A program made the translations under genes and the position numbers. The notes under the pieces are model-generated. The model searched no databases. It was given only the letters and a program-made list of their open reading frames with translations, and had not been told where the DNA came from. Of a stretch of DNA of 64,000 bases, positions 59,326 through 64,000 are shown piece after piece. The stretch's first letter is position 1, and each line of letters begins with the position of its first letter. This DNA comes from a virus. The stretch covers positions 17,013 through 81,012 of the IMG/VR virus record IMGVR_UViG_3300022602_000067, one strand, 5' to 3'.

Positions 59326-61236
59326 TTAGCCTAAGATCAGGCTCCAAATTGTATTGAGATCGCTGGCCTGCTGTGCAGTCGCTTGACTGCCGGTCGCTCC
59401 GCTAATATCTTGCCAAGCAGTGCCATTGTAGATTTCTACATAGCCTAAAGCGGCGTTGTAGCGTGTTTGTCCTGTTTTTGGAACAGCAGGTCTATCAGCA
59501 GTTGTACCTGTAGGTATCTGCATAGCGCCAGTGCCTGTGAATTTTACATAACCAATTCCTGTGTTCTTAAACACTAATGGAGTTGACGCACTTTCCGATG
59601 CTATGATTGTACTATTTTCCGCTGTAATTACAAAATGTCCAGACTCTGTCTGAAAATAAGCATTACCTAAATTAGGATTATTAATGCTGTTGCCTGTAAA
59701 CAGTGCAAAACCGTTGAACTTAACTTCACCTGTACCTGTTGGGGTTAATGTTAAATCCGCTACGCTATCGCTAATAGTGTTTCCAGAAATATTAATGTTT
59801 CCACTATTCACTGTAGTAGAAGTGACTGTACTGGTTGTCAGCGCATTAGACAAATTAACATTATTACTCCATACATTATTCCATTCTAACGAGCTAGATC
59901 CAAGATTAAAACTAGCAGTTGAACTATAAGGAGCTCCAGGGTTAGTATATAAACTATTTCCCAACTGATCTGTAAGAGTATTACCTAACTGATCTGTAAG
60001 AAGACTTGTAACAGGAGTTATTGTTGTAGGAGTTGCATACGGAATAATGTCACTATTAACTTCTGCGGGTATAAAAATCGTATTTGACGAATTAGATCCT
60101 AATACAATATTACCATCAAATGTAATATTTCCTGTAGCATGTAACGTTCCATTAACTAAAGTATTGCTGTTAATCTGAGTGATTCCAGCAGTCACACCCT
60201 GGGGACTTACTGAAACATTATCAAGATAAAATCTACCTGCATCATTTCTGATTACAAAACTCAATACATCTGATCCAGTACCTGTTACTGTTGCAGAATA
60301 TTGAGTATAGTTCCATGCTATAGCCGCAGGCGATGAATATGGCACAGCAGGGCCGGCTCCTGATGTAATGCTAATATTTGTTAATTTAACACCATTCCAA
60401 TAAACTGCAAAATCGGCTTCTCCCGACGGTGTAGAAGTAGTTAAACCAAGAATGTTATAGCCATCTTCGGTGGTAATAATTGCAGTATTTTCTGTATCTA
60501 AAAATATATCGTAGACGTTCTCTAAACTGAATGTTAGTGTATAAGTCTGACCGTTAGATGTTGCCAGTGTTTGTGCCAAAGTTGAATAACTTATGCTAGA
60601 AGCCATACTGATGGCATAATTTCCGCTAGTGGCATAAGCTGATCCTCCAACTACGGTCATAGTTGCCACAGATCCGTTAACAGACCATCCTGATAAATCG
60701 CCTGTTTCAAATCCACCATTTACCACAAACTGTGGTGTGGTTGTAGGACTAAAATTAAGAACTGTGTTAATAGGTACAGTTATATTATTTGAATTAAAAC
60801 TAACTTGTCCTCCAGTAAGTGTACCGTTGACTACAATGGTAGGATTACTCGACTGATTAGGGCTAATTATTATTGGTAGATTAAGACTATTTGTAATCTG
60901 GTTTGTAGTAATTGCAAAACTACTATTGATATCTGTTTCGGTATCTACAATAAGGTTATCTGTTGTGGCATTGCTGTTGATATCTAAATCACGGGTAGGA
61001 GTACTATTATTAATACCGACAAAATCTCCGGTAACATTGAGATACAATAAATTGGTTTCAAACGCAATGTCATTACCATTGCGTAGTAAATTATCTGCTA
61101 GTAATGGGCCACTTATCCTACCAAATTCGCGTCCAACTTGAGGACTACCTGCCAGTGGTTGAAAGGTATTGGCAACTGGTTGTTTTGGAAGACTTACACT
61201 TTGTATAGGTCTCTTTGGAGTTATTTTAAGAGCCAT
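59326..61236 (-). CDS. fibre-like virion protein, paralog of 58104..59165 with an inserted CBM4/9-like domain
   Basis: GRISGPLLADNLLRNG; VVNGGFETGDLSGW...FYLDNVSV; IPTGTTADRP. Confidence 0.8.
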   Translation of the reverse strand: MALKITPKRPIQSVSLPKQPVANTFQPLAGSPQVGREFGRISGPLLADNLLRNGNDIAFETNLLYLNVTGDFVGINNSTPTRDLDINSNATTDNLIVDTETDINSSFAITTNQITNSLNLPIIISPNQSSNPTIVVNGTLTGGQVSFNSNNITVPINTVLNFSPTTTPQFVVNGGFETGDLSGWSVNGSVATMTVVGGSAYATSGNYAISMASSISYSTLAQTLATSNGQTYTLTFSLENVYDIFLDTENTAIITTEDGYNILGLTTSTPSGEADFAVYWNGVKLTNISITSGAGPAVPYSSPAAIAWNYTQYSATVTGTGSDVLSFVIRNDAGRFYLDNVSVSPQGVTAGITQINSNTLVNGTLHATGNITFDGNIVLGSNSSNTIFIPAEVNSDIIPYATPTTITPVTSLLTDQLGNTLTDQLGNSLYTNPGAPYSSTASFNLGSSSLEWNNVWSNNVNLSNALTTSTVTSTTVNSGNINISGNTISDSVADLTLTPTGTGEVKFNGFALFTGNSINNPNLGNAYFQTESGHFVITAENSTIIASESASTPLVFKNTGIGYVKFTGTGAMQIPTGTTADRPAVPKTGQTRYNAALGYVEIYNGTAWQDISGATGSQATAQQASDLNTIWSLILG

Positions 61237-61247
61237 TTTGGACTCCT

Positions 61248-62267
61248 TTATTGATCAAAGCCGTTTAAGACTGTGACCACTTTTCCATATGGAACCGGAG
61301 TACTAAACTGCAAATAGTAACCGCCCGATGAAATAGTATTACTGGCTTCTACAAGAGTAAGCGATGAGTTAGTTGCTATGATAGCATTAGTTGTTTTGTT
61401 TAGAGTGATACTGGTCAATACATCAGTAACAGAATCTAATGTATAACTTACTACTGTGGTGCTTGACTGAATACCGGTACCTGTTACTGCGGAACCTACT
61501 AAATTAACAGTTGGATATGTTGCTGTCTTACTAGTGATATTACCAGCAAAAGTCATAGTAGTTGTATACGAACTAGCATAACTTACACTACTAGTTGTAC
61601 AAGCTGTTACAGTAAAATTACCGTTATAACCACTTGGTGTAAATCCTGTTACTACTATAGTAGATCCTACTGCAAACGGTGAGGCATTTTGTGAGGCAAA
61701 TGTTAGTGTTACTGTAGTACCGTTGCCGCTTGCTCCTGTAGCTGTAAGACTGCTGTTCAAATACAAAACATTTGATCCGCTGGCGGTTGCAATACTAGTT
61801 GTGATAGAATAAGTCTCCGACGAGAATGTAGGATTTTGAACTACTACATAGTTTATACTGTTTAATTGTATTACGTTTTCTACTACTACGATTAAGTTCT
61901 GTCCTCCCCATGTTGTACCACTTGCAGAAACACCAGGGGGTGCAGGATTTAATGGACCAAAAATTGTATTCACGCCGTCGCCTGCACCAAGATTTTGTTG
62001 CGTTATAGCAGTAGATTCTTTGAATCGCAGACTTCGCCATACATTTCCTTGATATACTTCGACTTCACCGCTGCCATCAATGTTAGTATTATAGCGCATC
62101 ATTCCATTAACTGGATTAATAGGACGTTGACTAGTATTACCACTTGGCAAAATGACACTGCCTTGATTAACCGGATTCAAAACTACGTTCGTGTCGGTAT
62201 AATCCACATACACACTGGTATGATTAGCAGTTCTGCGATTAATAGTTTGACGTTTTAGATATCTCAT
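61248..62267 (-). CDS. virion structural protein
   Basis: LPSGNTSQRP..GMMRYN; inserted beta modules. Confidence 0.75.
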   Translation of the reverse strand: MRYLKRQTINRRTANHTSVYVDYTDTNVVLNPVNQGSVILPSGNTSQRPINPVNGMMRYNTNIDGSGEVEVYQGNVWRSLRFKESTAITQQNLGAGDGVNTIFGPLNPAPPGVSASGTTWGGQNLIVVVENVIQLNSINYVVVQNPTFSSETYSITTSIATASGSNVLYLNSSLTATGASGNGTTVTLTFASQNASPFAVGSTIVVTGFTPSGYNGNFTVTACTTSSVSYASSYTTTMTFAGNITSKTATYPTVNLVGSAVTGTGIQSSTTVVSYTLDSVTDVLTSITLNKTTNAIIATNSSLTLVEASNTISSGGYYLQFSTPVPYGKVVTVLNGFDQ

Positions 62268-62605
62268 TATACTGCCAATGTGCTGATTACTATAGACACA
62301 GTTGCTCCTGTGCTAGCGATAGCCACAATAGTGTCATTATTACTTAATACTAATTTTTCTTGATCTAGACTTACAGTTTCTGTTGGTGGAATACTAAGTG
62401 AATTTACAATCATATTAGTGGGTCCTGCAGATCCAACTGATCCGGAACTATTTGGAACAGCATATATAGTAACTGTGACTGTAGTGCTTCCGCTTGTATT
62501 GCACAAAATAATACTAGTTACAGCATTACCTAACACAGGTGCAGTTGCTACACTAGTATAAACTGTGGTATTTGTTGAGCCTATCAATTGTGCTGTTAAT
62601 GCCAT
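62267..62605 (-). CDS. small beta-sandwich virion protein
   Basis: ILCNTS...EKLVL; paralog of 57735..58100. Confidence 0.7.
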   Translation of the reverse strand: MALTAQLIGSTNTTVYTSVATAPVLGNAVTSIILCNTSGSTTVTVTIYAVPNSSGSVGSAGPTNMIVNSLSIPPTETVSLDQEKLVLSNNDTIVAIASTGATVSIVISTLAV

Positions 62606-62614
62606 ATTCTTTCC

Positions 62615-63613
62615 TTATAATAAAATACTTAATGCTACTGCTCGGCTTCTGCTGACCAACTCATCGGGAACTTGTGCGGCATTATTGTTGTTAAAGTATA
62701 TACCAGATTTTCCTGGACCTACTGTAGCACTTGAATAGATATTACTCTGACCTGAAACCAAACTTGGCGCAGTTGCTTGATTATCTAATGTAAGATACCC
62801 TTCAACTTCGACTTTTCCTGTAACTGCTGATAATACAAGGTTAGCAGAAGAACTTCCTGTATTTGACACTGTATTTTGACTAATAGTTACATTGTTAACT
62901 GTAAACCCTTGACTGGCCAACGTAACTTGTGTGATTCCACCTAGTTGGAAAACAATACTGCTAGACAAAGCCTGTATGCTGGTTGTAGCATCTGCCAAAG
63001 GAGTCACGGTAGGATACCATAACGCACTAACCGCAATAGTTCCAGCGGCATTTAATACATACTGCTGAACATATTTTCTATTAGGAATATCGTTATCATG
63101 CAGTACTTGATTTTCATAGCCGTTGGCGTTTGCTAGAGTTAGCACATATGGCTGATTCTGCATATCAAATACAAAATTACTGTTGCTAGGAGTGACTATA
63201 GTTGCTAGACTTAGACCAGCCTGCCCAGTTGATCCTTTCACATTATTTGTAGTTAATACAAAAGTACCGCCTACTGAACTACTGGTTGTAGGTTGGAAAT
63301 GACTCAATCCTTCGTCAAACACAAAATAAGCCGGATTATAAGAACCTCTCCAAATTTCTAAACCTGCCTGCCCATTTATAGGACTGCCTGTGGGAATGCC
63401 GTTTCCACTATAAACATTGTTAGGATCATAGTTGATTTGAACTATGTTGTCCTGAATATTAGCCACAGAGCTTTCAATAGTTGTCTGTGCGCCCATTACA
63501 TCAAGATTACCAGTGATAGTAACCGTGCCAGAGCTACCCGGATCTAAAAATATATTTCCACCAGATGTTACTCTTATTCGATAGTCACCACTAATGTTTA
63601 AGACTCTTGACAT
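62615..63613 (-). CDS. fibre-like virion protein
   Basis: VTITGNLDVMG..T...DNI...AGLEIWRG; C-terminal AVALSILL. Confidence 0.75.
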   Translation of the reverse strand: MSRVLNISGDYRIRVTSGGNIFLDPGSSGTVTITGNLDVMGAQTTIESSVANIQDNIVQINYDPNNVYSGNGIPTGSPINGQAGLEIWRGSYNPAYFVFDEGLSHFQPTTSSSVGGTFVLTTNNVKGSTGQAGLSLATIVTPSNSNFVFDMQNQPYVLTLANANGYENQVLHDNDIPNRKYVQQYVLNAAGTIAVSALWYPTVTPLADATTSIQALSSSIVFQLGGITQVTLASQGFTVNNVTISQNTVSNTGSSSANLVLSAVTGKVEVEGYLTLDNQATAPSLVSGQSNIYSSATVGPGKSGIYFNNNNAAQVPDELVSRSRAVALSILL

Positions 63614-63652
63614 GTGTATCCTTAAGTAGGGGCCAAAGCCCCTATTAGTTTA

Positions 63653-64000
63653 TTAAGCGTTATCTAGTGTTACTGAAACGTTAGCTGTTGGACTTGATAA
63701 GTTCCACTGAGCCGCTTGTCCGGTAGTAAACTGTGTACCTGTGATTGGAACCAAGTATGCCTTACGGTTTGTTAACTTAGATACAGCATAGATACCACCA
63801 GCACTGTCAGTAGCAATGATTGCCATTTGACCTGTAGTCAAACTGCTTTCACTAACTGCTGTTAGCTTGCACAATGTACCTGGATAGCTTCCGCCTTGTT
63901 GAATAACACGGAATGTACGTGAACCTTCTTGTTTGATGATGTCACAATCGGTATACAATGTTCCGCCAATGTTAGCATTAGCAATAATCTGCTCGTAACG
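63653..64000 (-). CDS. structural-cluster protein, 5'-truncated by window edge
   Basis: Frame stays open from 63958 to 64000 (RYEQIIANANIGGT...). Confidence 0.7.
   Translation of the reverse strand, partial: RYEQIIANANIGGTLYTDCDIIKQEGSRTFRVIQQGGSYPGTLCKLTAVSESSLTTGQMAIIATDSAGGIYAVSKLTNRKAYLVPITGTQFTTGQAAQWNLSSPTANVSVTLDNA

Noticed and set aside
20251-62258. Many antisense ORFs over structural genes (e.g. 26141..26545, 38784..39284, 43526..43888) and over uvsW (3922..4494)
   Set aside because: Val/Pro/Leu-rich shadows of Thr/Gly/Asn codon bias on the coding strand; no SD, promoter or motifs
63627-63644. TAGGGGC/GCCCCTA hairpin as a terminator
   Set aside because: No U-tract on the coding strand; more likely a stability element, so not called
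1-64000. Stop-codon reassignment as in some large phages
   Set aside because: Long genes are intact under the standard code; TGA and TAG (e.g. at 5090) serve as coupled stops

Overview
64 kb of an AT-rich, large lytic myovirus with a T4-superfamily core. Gene style resembles the GAP32/Rak2-like jumbo phages and large uncultured freshwater Caudoviricetes (inferred, no search run). Standard genetic code; most genes are on the minus strand. Left (1-9.3 kb): replication/recombination genes (a minimal DnaE-like palm protein, 2OG-Fe(II) oxygenase, UvsW, UvsY, UvsX/RecA, gp32). Middle (9.3-33 kb): probable internal head proteins, terminase, gp4 nuclease, tail tube, an enlarged 1216-aa sheath, dNMP kinase, gp13/14/15 and a Nudix hydrolase. 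Right (34-64 kb): Thr/Ser/Gly-rich virion appendage genes (fibres, three paralogous RCC1-like proteins, CBM-like repeat proteins). Most notable signals: (1) a ~140-nt candidate pseudoknotted leader RNA at 59166-59311 between a late promoter and a structural gene RBS; (2) a small set of beta-rich modules inserted in-frame, and nested inside each other up to three levels deep, across many virion genes including the sheath; (3) TAAATA late promoters 4-5 nt before SD-less ATGs (leaderless late mRNAs) and sigma70-type promoters embedded in terminator hairpins. No tRNA, CRISPR array, integrase or reverse transcriptase was recognised. All calls are by-eye motif recognition.
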